Assembly (NCBI GenBank): GCA_964632215.1 | Contig: CAZWBG010000001.1 | Location: forward strand, 431,863 to 495,862 | DNA from: an uncultured Candidatus Saccharibacteria bacterium | Lineage (GTDB): Bacteria > Patescibacteriota > Saccharimonadia > Saccharimonadales > UBA7683 | Reading direction: 5' to 3' | DNA length: 64,000 nt | In this document: positions 19,608 to 27,972 of the stretch, one piece after another | Layout of the letters: each line of letters begins with the position of its first letter | How positions within the stretch are numbered: position 1 is the first letter of the stretch | Translations under genes and position numbers: made by a program | Notes under the pieces: generated by a model | Told to the model about the DNA's origin: nothing | The model's input: the letters and a program-made list of their open reading frames with translations, nothing else | Databases searched by the model: none

Positions 19608-20156
19608 CTATTTGCCAAGAATCCTTTTTCGGTATTCATCAGCCATCATAAACGAAGTTGTGTCGCTAACATGGTCGACAAATAACACGCCGTTAATATG
19701 GTCGGTTTCATGTTGAACAACTTGTGCAACAAAACCACCGATTACCTCTTCCCTACTTTTTGCATGTTCATCGAGCCAGGTAACTTTTACTTGTTCATAA
19801 CGAGGGAGTTGAGCGAAAAGAATGTCATCTTCCGTCCCACAACTCACACAACCTTCCCACATATCTATGAGTTCACCGAACGTTTCAACAATCTCAGGAT
19901 TAATAAGAACCGTGTAGAATGGTTCAAGCTCAGGGCGATTAGGTGTTGGCTTAATGCCTATAACGCTCAGGGCTATGCTTTCACCGACTTGAGGCGCAGC
20001 AATGCCAACGCCATACTTCTTCTCGATAAGCGTGTAGCGCATATTTTTAATGAGTGATTGAGTATCACTTGATAGGATTTCATCTTCGCTTAAGCGTCGA
20101 GCTGTTTCACGAAGTACGGGATTACCGAACCGAATAATGGGAAGGATTTCAGTCAT
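19608..20156 (-). CDS. def: Peptide deformylase
   Basis: GVGIAAPQVG, EGCVSC, and QHETDHINGVLF. TGCTATGAT lies 6 nt upstream of the ATG. Confidence 0.9.
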   Translation of the reverse strand: MTEILPIIRFGNPVLRETARRLSEDEILSSDTQSLIKNMRYTLIEKKYGVGIAAPQVGESIALSVIGIKPTPNRPELEPFYTVLINPEIVETFGELIDMWEGCVSCGTEDDILFAQLPRYEQVKVTWLDEHAKSREEVIGGFVAQVVQHETDHINGVLFVDHVSDTTSFMMADEYRKRILGK

Positions 20157-20171
20157 ATCCCTATCATAGCA

Positions 20172-20206
20172 AAAAAAGAATCGAACTTATTATCAGATGA
20201 GAAAAA
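20172..20206 (-). repeat. Decayed copy of the tRNA-Glu 3' half (candidate distal att scar of the island)
   Basis: aaaaagaatcgaact--tattatcag-atgagaaaa aligns by eye with aaggagaatcgaactcctattgccaggatgaaaac of tRNA-Glu (26031-26066). AGAATCGAACT is an exact 11-mer. The rest is degenerate with two small gaps. Confidence 0.35.
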
Positions 20207-20403
20207 GCGCCTAACTTTCAAAGGTGAAAATAAGACGCTCGTTCTAATCTGTAATTCTCCTCTGGTGAACTATGTGAAGTCGAAATTGAACGCAATCTGT
20301 ACTGAACTACTAGAGGTATACAGCTACATGAGAGCTATAACAGCGACAGAATACATTCTCTCTTAGAGTAGAACTATATGTAAAATACCTTATACAATAA
20401 GGT

Positions 20404-21621
20404 ATGCCTGATTTCAAATACAATCACTACGTGCCAGAATGGTATCAAAAGAATTTTGTTCTACCTGACTCTCCTCAAGGCAAGTATCACTATTTGAGAT
20501 TAAAGCCCGAAGAGTTTCGTGATTCTAAAGGCAGAATCCATTATGCAAACCCCTTAAAGAAACGCCACCCTAGCAGATGTTTTGCTGAGGATGATTTGTA
20601 TACAACTCGATTTAGCGGGTTAGAATCACGTGATATTGAGCGGATATTCTTCGGTGCCATAGATACCAAAGGCAAAGAAGCGGTAGAGCACTTCGCAAAT
20701 TATGAGTGGCCTAACTGGGAGGGAGACCCACTTTACGCCTTGATGAAGTATATGACTACACAGCGTATCAGAACTAAAAAGGGCTTAGACTGGCTTGCTG
20801 ACCAGATTCAAGCAAATAGCACTAATGAGCTACTGATGAAAATGGTTCAGCTCCAAGATGTTTTCAGTGCGATATGGACAGAATGTATTTGGCAGATAGT
20901 AGATGCTTCAGAGTCAAATACAAAATTTATCGTTTCAGACCACCCAATAACAATCTATAATCGTGAACTTGGTCCTAACCAACCGACTTGGTGCAAGGGC
21001 TTCAGAGACCCAGATATTCGCATGGCTGGATCGCATACTATATTTCCGTTAAACCTTGATAAAGCCCTCATCTTTACCAATCTTAACTGGGTAAGAAATC
21101 CTTACCAGTCAGCTAAGAATTTTCGTCCAAATCCTGGTTTTTATCGTGATACCGTGTTTGACTTCCATAGACTTCAACTGGACAGAAAGCTATCTGAGCT
21201 AGAAGTGAAGCAACTAAACTTCATCATAAAAAGCAGAGCTTATCAGTTCATTGCGGCAGGTAAAGAAGAGTGGCTTTACCCTGAGCGTGAAATATCTAAA
21301 TCAGACTGGAATAGATTTGGTGCGGGACTACTATGTATGCCTGATCCTAGGTCTCTACACTACGGTGGAGAAGTTTTTGCTGGCAGTAAGAGCGGTCCAA
21401 GTTGGGCATTCGATGCTTATGGCAGAAAGCCAGGCGACCCCATGTTTGGAAAAGACGATGCACCCACGGACTTGAGCAAAAGTCCGCTCTATCGTTTTCA
21501 GGGTGACTTTGCACGTAAGTTCGGTAAGCAAAGACGTGGTGTATCTATGGAAATGGGCGACTTACATTCTGGCGAAGATTCAGACTCTATGCACGAGTAT
21601 CATCTTACTCTCGGACTATAA
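20404..21621 (+). CDS. DUF4238-family protein (candidate single-gene anti-phage factor)
   Basis: N-terminal HYVPEWYQKNF matches the DUF4238 signature (HyvPqfyLrnF). The protein is 405 aa. TACAAT lies just upstream of the ATG. Confidence 0.6.
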   Translation: MPDFKYNHYVPEWYQKNFVLPDSPQGKYHYLRLKPEEFRDSKGRIHYANPLKKRHPSRCFAEDDLYTTRFSGLESRDIERIFFGAIDTKGKEAVEHFANYEWPNWEGDPLYALMKYMTTQRIRTKKGLDWLADQIQANSTNELLMKMVQLQDVFSAIWTECIWQIVDASESNTKFIVSDHPITIYNRELGPNQPTWCKGFRDPDIRMAGSHTIFPLNLDKALIFTNLNWVRNPYQSAKNFRPNPGFYRDTVFDFHRLQLDRKLSELEVKQLNFIIKSRAYQFIAAGKEEWLYPEREISKSDWNRFGAGLLCMPDPRSLHYGGEVFAGSKSGPSWAFDAYGRKPGDPMFGKDDAPTDLSKSPLYRFQGDFARKFGKQRRGVSMEMGDLHSGEDSDSMHEYHLTLGL

Positions 21622-22113
21622 TTACTTAGCCAACAAATCTCGAATAGTGTCGAGTGAAATCTCCACCCGAAAGTCCTTGATAAAAACGCCATCTGTAACT
21701 TCTGCGTCATTCATCCAGACTTTTTCAGGCACAGCCTTGTACATGTAGCGGATAGACTCACCCAGAAAAGTATCAGGCGACTGTTCAAAGTGAGAACCTT
21801 TTTTGATTCGCCTAACTTTTAGAATTTCTTCAGGGTCGCTTACTTGTTCTACGTTTGCCTGAATATAGACTCCTTCGCCATCACCCTCTGGAACTGTTGA
21901 GTCGTATATAACGATAAATACCCTTTTTTTCGCCGTAACATTTTTAGAGTGTTGTCCTTCTTTATCTGAAACCCAATAGATATTCAGGTCATTATCGTAC
22001 TCGTGAGCAACTGGGCTATTCCAAGGTAAGCCTTCGGGAGTAACGGTTGCTAAAGTTGCATATCTAATTTGCTTAATCATCTCTGATGCTCGTTTGTCGT
22101 GATATTCGCTCAT
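21622..22113 (-). CDS. Pyridoxamine 5'-phosphate oxidase-like FMN-binding protein
   Basis: ATLATV..G.PW.SPV...D..L.IYW.S....HSKN pattern of the PNPOx/general-stress-26 fold. Confidence 0.6.
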   Translation of the reverse strand: MSEYHDKRASEMIKQIRYATLATVTPEGLPWNSPVAHEYDNDLNIYWVSDKEGQHSKNVTAKKRVFIVIYDSTVPEGDGEGVYIQANVEQVSDPEEILKVRRIKKGSHFEQSPDTFLGESIRYMYKAVPEKVWMNDAEVTDGVFIKDFRVEISLDTIRDLLAK

Positions 22114-22547
22114 GCCTCGTAGACCTGTTTTGGTGCGTCTGGGAAATTAACTTCATCCCAAAGTGAGATTTTGGTTGGCTTGAATATCCAATAAGCACGA
22201 CCTGTTGGCTTGTGTTCTTTTATCTCATCTAGGTTGTAATCTTTGGCTCCAAACTTACCCTGGTATAGCTCATGTGCACGCTCTAGCTCTTCGTCTGAAA
22301 CTTCATAGGCATTGCCAATTACCTGTAGTGCTTGTTTGCGTTCAGTATCACGTACTACCGTTACAGCTACTTTTGAGTCGCTTGCAATTTCTACCGAGTG
22401 TTGGCGTTCACGAGCCGACATCCAGTACAGGTTAAAATCATCATCGGCTACAAAATATACTGTACAAATCCAAGGTTGCCCGTTATGAACAGTAGCGAGT
22501 TGCATGTGCTTGTTTTCGGTTAGGTATTGTTGGATTAAATCTTTCAT
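22110..22547 (-). CDS. Pyridoxamine 5'-phosphate oxidase-like FMN-binding protein (paralog)
   Basis: MQLATVHNGQPWICTVYFV.D.DFNLYWMS....HS. The start at MKDL forms an ATGA overlap with the RidA stop. Confidence 0.6.
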   Translation of the reverse strand: MKDLIQQYLTENKHMQLATVHNGQPWICTVYFVADDDFNLYWMSARERQHSVEIASDSKVAVTVVRDTERKQALQVIGNAYEVSDEELERAHELYQGKFGAKDYNLDEIKEHKPTGRAYWIFKPTKISLWDEVNFPDAPKQVYEA

Positions 22548-22915
22548 TTTTCGGCGACCACACTTATTTCTATTGTTGCTCCAAGTGGTAAGGCTTGAAC
22601 ACAAACAGCTTCACGTACTGGGAATGGTTCATTGAAGTATGTAGGGTAAACTTCATTGAGTTCTGGCATTTGTGCCATATCGGTAACGTATATAACAACC
22701 TTAACAATATCGTCTAAAGTAGCGTCAGCAGACTTCAAGATTTCAGAGATGTTTTGCATTATTTGTTCTACTTTTTCTTTTACAGTACCGTCAACAACCG
22801 TGCCATCTGGCTTACCATGTATTTGTCCTGAAACATAGATTGTACCGTTACTAATAATTGCTTGTGAGAGAAACGGAGCGTCTGGTGCATTAGGTGTAGT
22901 AGCTTGGGTTTTCAT
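22544..22915 (-). CDS. RidA/YjgF/TdcF-family reactive-intermediate deaminase
   Basis: SQAIISNGTIYVSGQI, LDDIVKVVIYVTDM, PVREAVCVQALPLGA.IEI. The start at MKTQ is internal to ORF 22544..22969. Confidence 0.75.
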   Translation of the reverse strand: MKTQATTPNAPDAPFLSQAIISNGTIYVSGQIHGKPDGTVVDGTVKEKVEQIMQNISEILKSADATLDDIVKVVIYVTDMAQMPELNEVYPTYFNEPFPVREAVCVQALPLGATIEISVVAEK

Positions 22916-23170
22916 AACAATATAATAACAGGGATAAAAAGCAAAATCCACAGGGATAGGTATTTGCACATTAAAGTTCCGAAAACCCGTCCTAGACGCT
23001 CTCTGAACGTTACAGAGGGTATCCTAAACGGTTCACTATTTCTATGAGGCGTTACCCTAGTTACCGTTCACAAGATTTTTCCTGAACTATTTACCCTCAA
23101 CGCCATTTTTCCGCCTACAATGTTCCTGCTTTATCTGACACTAAAACTCTTAAAAACAAAGCGAAAGCGA

Positions 23171-23416
23171 CTAGTTAATTTGAAAGGGTGTCAGAAAACT
23201 AAACACCACTTTATTCTGGTTGTTATGAGCTTCTTCCATCTTTTCTGCGAATACTTCGTTCCCTAAATAGCGATAGTAAGTATCCCTTGAAATTCCTGCA
23301 TATCTACAGGCTTCGGTAATAGTAGCGTTGTGCTGGATCGAGTCAGCTAACTTAATCATGGTTGAATAGCTTATTTTAGTTGGTCTTCCAATGGCTTTAG
23401 TGATTACCATATTCAC
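23171..23416 (-). CDS. Small helix-turn-helix DNA-binding protein
   Basis: GRPTKISY...ATITEACRYAGISRDTYYRYL is a resolvase/terminase-small-type HTH. It is divergent from the 23451 gene. Confidence 0.55.
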   Translation of the reverse strand: MNMVITKAIGRPTKISYSTMIKLADSIQHNATITEACRYAGISRDTYYRYLGNEVFAEKMEEAHNNQNKVVFSFLTPFQIN

Positions 23417-23450
23417 TCCTTTTTATTTTGGCATTACCTCTATTACTAGT

Positions 23451-24176
23451 ATGACAGACGCACTCCTTACCAACATTGGTGGATGCCTATGGGATAATGT
23501 TGAAATGGACTTCGTATATCAACAAATTGGTCTTAGTGATGACCCCCTACAAGAGACTGTCAGCAACCTTACCCTTGAAGTTCTGAATGAACTGCACGGC
23601 TACGCAGATAATCGCCCAATTAACATCAGTAGCGAATCGTATGATATGAACGAACTATCACGAGCATTGAAGTTACTTAAGCAAAACAAAATAATTTTGT
23701 ATAAGCAGCATGATAGTGAGTCATTTTATGGTTACAGAGTCGTTGTTATTAACAGATACAAATTTGAACTACTTTCAGCAGAATTAACATGGCTTGAAAG
23801 CCCGCAAGAAGAAAAAGACATCGACAATACCGCACCTTTTGCAGACTATGTTGTGTACTACGATGTAAACACTGGGGATATGCTCTTCAACGGTGTCCAC
23901 AAACGCCTCAAAAAAACCAACAAAGCATTATTTGATGCACTATTTTTAGCCTCTCCAAATTATGTAGACCGAAAGAAACTACTATCTATTCTTGGTACTA
24001 CTAAGAAAGATAAATCATCGAAGATTATTCTTAATGAAGCGGTCACAAATCTTCGTAAATTGTGTGGTGTCAAGAAGCATGTCATTCAATTGAGAAGCGA
24101 GGGTGGAAGACTTCGTAATGTGGAAACGCACCCATTATCTGCCCAAACGCCACCCCCTTCTTTTTTAACAGATTAA
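23451..24176 (+). CDS. Hypothetical protein with a possible C-terminal winged-helix (OmpR-like) DNA-binding region
   Basis: The C-terminal K.NKALFDALFLASPNYVDRKKLL..........EAVTNLRKL resembles the trans_reg_C pattern. The start is ambiguous (23391, 23451 or 23505). Confidence 0.35.
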   Translation: MTDALLTNIGGCLWDNVEMDFVYQQIGLSDDPLQETVSNLTLEVLNELHGYADNRPINISSESYDMNELSRALKLLKQNKIILYKQHDSESFYGYRVVVINRYKFELLSAELTWLESPQEEKDIDNTAPFADYVVYYDVNTGDMLFNGVHKRLKKTNKALFDALFLASPNYVDRKKLLSILGTTKKDKSSKIILNEAVTNLRKLCGVKKHVIQLRSEGGRLRNVETHPLSAQTPPPSFLTD

Positions 24177-24335
24177 ATTCCCGAAAAATACAGCCTTCAC
24201 CTCTGTTATATACTGCTTTTCTCCCGTGAGTAAAAACCTATTATTTAAGATAATTAGACTCAGGACAAGCACATAATTTTGAGGGTAACTGACATTTAGC
24301 TTGACCCGTCAGATACTCTCTGTCCGAGGTAAATA

Positions 24336-24530
24336 ATGGTAAAAGATACCATAACAGTCAAAGAAGCTAAAAAGCTCTTAGGGCAAAAAGCTAAAAACCT
24401 AACCAACGAAGAACTAATAGCGTTAGTTCAAGCTACTGAAACAGTAGTGAGAGTTTCCATTCGCTCTTACATTCGTTCGAAAAACGTCAATAATAATGCT
24501 AACATAACAAGTACAAGGACAATACTATGA
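24336..24530 (+). CDS. Small protein upstream of the recombinase (possible directionality/accessory factor)
   Basis: 64-aa ORF with GAGG SD. Its stop overlaps the recombinase start (ATGA). Confidence 0.4.
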   Translation: MVKDTITVKEAKKLLGQKAKNLTNEELIALVQATETVVRVSIRSYIRSKNVNNNANITSTRTIL

Positions 24531-26062
24531 AAAAAGCGGTCATTTATCTTCGTGTATCTACTACTAAACAAACAGAAGGAGCAAGCCTCGACACACAACA
24601 AAAGCTGTGTCAGGACTGGGCATCACGTAACGATGTGCTGGTTAAAGAAATCTACCACGATGACGGTGTATCAGCTAAAACCCTAGACCGTCCTGCTATG
24701 AAAGAAATGCTTGCATATTTAGAAGCAAACAAAGGGAGCATACAATATCTCATTACTTACCAAACTGACCGCTTGTCTCGCAATGCTACTGACTTTTTCG
24801 CACTACGAACTCTCTTGTCACAATTAGGTGTTGAGTATAAGAATGTCAACTCAAGCCTAGAAGATAGTGTTAATGAAGAGCTTATACAGAACATTGAAGC
24901 CGTTCTTGCTCAACACGACAACAAGATTAAATCTACTCGTGTAAGAGACAACATGAAAGCCCACGCAAAAGAGGGCTGGCGTATGAGTAAAGCACCTCAT
25001 GGTCTAAAAAACGTTAGAGACGTTCTAGAGAAGTCTACACTAGCACCAATAGAGGGGGTTGCTGATAAAGTAGCCACTATACTTGAAGCATACGCAACAG
25101 GTACGCACACCATAGCTGGCTTAATTAAAATGTGTGAGAGCATTGGTCTGAAATCTGCGAAAGGTAAACCTATACAGATACAAGCTATCAGTAAGATGTT
25201 GCGTAACCCAATTTATGCAGGGCTTGAACAGAGTAGTCATACGGAGGGTCAACTTGTACCCTCCAAATTTAAGGGGATCATTACCCCTGCGGTTTTCCAT
25301 CGTAATCAAGAACTACTGAAAAGCAATAAGAACACGGCTGCTACATATATGAAAAACAACCCTGAATTTCCTCTGAGACGCTTTATGTTGTGTGCGAATT
25401 GCAATAAACCCCTTACAGGCAGTAGCCCAGTTGGTGGCTCAGGCAAACGCTCTCCACGCTACCACTGTTCGAGGTGCCATATCCCATCCGTGCAATCAGG
25501 AGAGCTTCATGAACAATTCCTACATCTGCTTGCTTCGCTTGCTCCTGATCCAGATATGGAGAAGTTCCTTAAGGAGATAATAGTACGTGTCTGGCGTGAT
25601 GAAACACAAGCACTAGGCAATAAGCAGAAGAAGCTCCATAAGGTCCTAGAACAGCTCACAAAGAAAAGGAATAAAGTGGTCGAGATGCTTGTTGCTGGCG
25701 ATATAACAGTAGACGATAAGAAAGAGCTTGTTGCGAAGATAAAGAAAGAGGCTGACGCAATACGGGAAGACCTTGCGAGTATCGGGTCATTATCTGAACT
25801 AAAAACTGATGCAATCGACTATGCAATGCGTTTTATGTCGAACGCACCAAGAATATGGAGCAACGCCTCGATTGAACATCAAATAATCTACCAACGTCTA
25901 GTGTTTCCAGAAGGCATAGAATACGACCTGACTACAAATAAATTTCGAACGCCCAGATTAAGTGCACTTTACACCTTAGCAAGCATGAAAAAAGACCCAT
26001 CCATGACGAATGAGTCTCTTTTGGTGACCCCAAGGAGAATCGAACTCCTATTGCCAGGATGA
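24527..26062 (+). CDS. Large serine recombinase (resolvase N-domain + recombinase domain + zinc ribbon + coiled coil)
   Basis: VIYLRVSTTKQ carries the catalytic Ser. Other marks are QTDRLSRN, CANCNKPLTG...RYHCSRC and a C-terminal K/E-rich helix. The last 41 nt are tRNA-Glu sequence (..VTPRRIELLLPG*). Confidence 0.88.
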   Translation: MKKAVIYLRVSTTKQTEGASLDTQQKLCQDWASRNDVLVKEIYHDDGVSAKTLDRPAMKEMLAYLEANKGSIQYLITYQTDRLSRNATDFFALRTLLSQLGVEYKNVNSSLEDSVNEELIQNIEAVLAQHDNKIKSTRVRDNMKAHAKEGWRMSKAPHGLKNVRDVLEKSTLAPIEGVADKVATILEAYATGTHTIAGLIKMCESIGLKSAKGKPIQIQAISKMLRNPIYAGLEQSSHTEGQLVPSKFKGIITPAVFHRNQELLKSNKNTAATYMKNNPEFPLRRFMLCANCNKPLTGSSPVGGSGKRSPRYHCSRCHIPSVQSGELHEQFLHLLASLAPDPDMEKFLKEIIVRVWRDETQALGNKQKKLHKVLEQLTKKRNKVVEMLVAGDITVDDKKELVAKIKKEADAIREDLASIGSLSELKTDAIDYAMRFMSNAPRIWSNASIEHQIIYQRLVFPEGIEYDLTTNKFRTPRLSALYTLASMKKDPSMTNESLLVTPRRIELLLPG

Positions 26063-26096
26063 AAACCTGGTGTCCTAACCGTTAGACGATGGGGCC
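26022..26096 (-). tRNA. tRNA-Glu (anticodon UUC), CCA encoded
   Basis: Cloverleaf by eye: GGCCCCA tc GTCT aacggtta GGAC a CCAGG ttTTCat CCTGG caat AGGAG ttcgatt CTCCT TGGGGTC a CCA. Confidence 0.9.
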
Positions 26097-26186
26097 TTGT
26101 CACTTCGCTCCATTTTTCAGTTTACAAATGGATACTTAGACTAGAAAACTATAGCACAACAGAGGCGAAATGCCAAATGCTTACCG

Positions 26187-27461
26187 CTACTTTGCAGGAT
26201 AGACTAGCGGAATATCTGACCAGCTGGTCGTGTAGTCTGGGCTTTTATATTGGCGCAGTGCATGCCACTGCCGAGCCTGGACATCAATAGTAGCCACGTG
26301 GACCGTTTCACTACCAAAACGCTTATTAATACTGTCCAGAGCACGCATGAGATCTTTTCTTTTATCTTTTTGAGCCGGTGTCTTTTCATCAAAAAATGAA
26401 AGTTGGGAAAGCGCATCACTTTGCAGGCGGTAAGCAAATACACCAGCTTTTTTGTACCCACATGTTGCATCATACATATCGTGCAAACACGTAAGCGCAG
26501 CTGAGACAAGCTCACTCGTGTCATTTGTAGGGTTAGATAATGCGCTAACCCGTGATTGACTCTTAGTTTCACCACTTGGTGTACGAAACCGTAGATACAC
26601 GCCAAACAGCGAGGTTGTTTGGTGATGTGCCCGAAGCCGAAAGGCAGCTTGTGAGGCAAAACTAGCTACCGCGGTCTCCAGTTCGTGTGGTGTATAGATG
26701 GTGGCACCAAAAGATCGAGAAGCTACAAGACTTTTTTGTGGAACCTTTATTTCTTCAAAGGCATACGCCACCTTGCCATTCAACTCTTGGTGCATCCGCA
26801 GGCCAGTAACGCCAAGTTGACCACGCAGCCACTGCTGTTTGACTTGTGAGAGTTGCCAGGCGTTATGGATACCAACTTGCGTGAATCTGACTTTCAAGCG
26901 TCGGCCCACACCCCAAACCTCTCCAACTGGAGTAGCCTCAAGTACTTTTTTGAAGAAAGCAGGATCCTTTTGAGGCTCAAGAACACAGCTTGTCTGCTGC
27001 TTTTTTGCATAGTGGCTCGCCAGCTTTGCGAGTGTCTTACTCGGTGCAATACCAATTGAAACTGGGATACCAATTACTTGTTTTACACGCTGCTCAAGAT
27101 TCCTACCCCACTCCTGAAAATCAGCAACAGCCAACGATTCAAGATTTAAAAAAGCCTCATCAATAGAATAGACTTCAACCTGTGGCGCTGATTCACAAAG
27201 GAGTGTTAGAATCCGCTGAGATATGTTGCTATATAGAGAAAAATTTGCGGAAAAGAGTGCGGCATTATGCTGAGTCAGCATATCTTTGACTTGAAAATAT
27301 GGCGCGCCCATAGTCACGCCAAGCGCCTTTACCTCGTTACTGCGAGCGATGATACAGCCGTCATTATTAGATAAAACAGCCACTGGCTTTTCTCTCAGAT
27401 CAGGGCGAAAGAGCCGTTCACAACTTGCGAAGAAATTATCGCAGTCTACCAGAGCAATCAT
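26187..27461 (-). CDS. umuC: Y-family translesion DNA polymerase (UmuC/ImpB-like)
   Basis: MIALVDCDNFFASCE, SNNDGC.IARS and SIDEAFL. The length is 424 aa. Its start overlaps the upstream umuD-like stop. Confidence 0.85.
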   Translation of the reverse strand: MIALVDCDNFFASCERLFRPDLREKPVAVLSNNDGCIIARSNEVKALGVTMGAPYFQVKDMLTQHNAALFSANFSLYSNISQRILTLLCESAPQVEVYSIDEAFLNLESLAVADFQEWGRNLEQRVKQVIGIPVSIGIAPSKTLAKLASHYAKKQQTSCVLEPQKDPAFFKKVLEATPVGEVWGVGRRLKVRFTQVGIHNAWQLSQVKQQWLRGQLGVTGLRMHQELNGKVAYAFEEIKVPQKSLVASRSFGATIYTPHELETAVASFASQAAFRLRAHHQTTSLFGVYLRFRTPSGETKSQSRVSALSNPTNDTSELVSAALTCLHDMYDATCGYKKAGVFAYRLQSDALSQLSFFDEKTPAQKDKRKDLMRALDSINKRFGSETVHVATIDVQARQWHALRQYKSPDYTTSWSDIPLVYPAK

Positions 27462-27760
27462 GTTCGTACCCTACGAATAAGGTGCACTACCACGCCCCAT
27501 ATCTCAAATGGAGAGCCTTTTTTATGGCGAATAATCTTAAGTTGTGGATCATCTTCATCTATAGCAACTAGCAGGTCCTGCGCTTTTGGTGATGCAGCTC
27601 GGTCGATAATTAATATATCCTCTGCGAGTAAACCAAACTCTGGCATATCAGTTGCCACTCGCATAAAGTAGTTACTAGCAGGGTGTGCCAGTAGAAGTTT
27701 ATTCAAATCAGCCCCCTGAACAGAAGCTGAAATCCCAAATCGAAAATCCTCTTGTACCAT
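27458..27760 (-). CDS. umuD: UmuD'-like S24-fold accessory protein lacking the nucleophile Ser
   Basis: By-eye alignment to E. coli UmuD: DLN.LL..HP...YF, ..GDLLIVD -> EDILIID, FGVV.HV -> WGVVVHL. GDSM is replaced by TDMP. The ATG at 27760 has TATACT exactly 6 nt upstream, so it is preferred over the GTG at 27790. Confidence 0.6.
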   Translation of the reverse strand: MVQEDFRFGISASVQGADLNKLLLAHPASNYFMRVATDMPEFGLLAEDILIIDRAASPKAQDLLVAIDEDDPQLKIIRHKKGSPFEIWGVVVHLIRRVRT

Positions 27761-27972
27761 ACTACTAGTATAGGCTACTCGGCGGGCCACTAATATAGTC
27801 TGGCCTTAACTGCTATTATTCAGTGGTAGAGCACGTCCATTGTATGAGCCACCCTCTAGTAACTCGGTGCAAAACCTAAACATCCAAAGATAGTTTCGAT
27901 ACTTAGGTTGAGGGCAGACGCTTCTGGGGCGTCTGCCAAAATAGTTATGGTACCCAGAATACCGTTGTGCCA

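Larger units (their letters stand above)
20172..26062 (+). mobile_element. Integrative island at tRNA-Glu(UUC) with a large serine recombinase
   Basis: The recombinase ORF runs 41 nt into the tRNA gene. HTH, winged-helix and small-ORF regulators sit beside it. Cargo is DUF4238, 2 PNPOx-like proteins and RidA. The distal boundary rests only on the decayed repeat at 20172-20206. Confidence 0.5.

Noticed and set aside
22970-23170. Repeated CGTTAC / CGGTTCAC / CCGTTCAC motifs lie between the RidA gene and the island HTH gene, possibly an alternative island boundary or recombinase-binding sites.
   Set aside because: The motifs are short and loosely spaced, and no tRNA-Glu-like sequence is present there. 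This is kept only as an alternative boundary to test.
26204-26659. A 151-aa minus ORF lies inside the Y-family polymerase gene in another frame.
   Set aside because: It is fully nested in a confidently assigned gene and has no motif.
27761-27972. I searched upstream of the umuDC-like pair for an SOS (LexA/Cheo) box.
   Set aside because: No GAAC-N4-GTTC or CTGT-N8-ACAG type palindrome was seen. Absence by eye is not proof.
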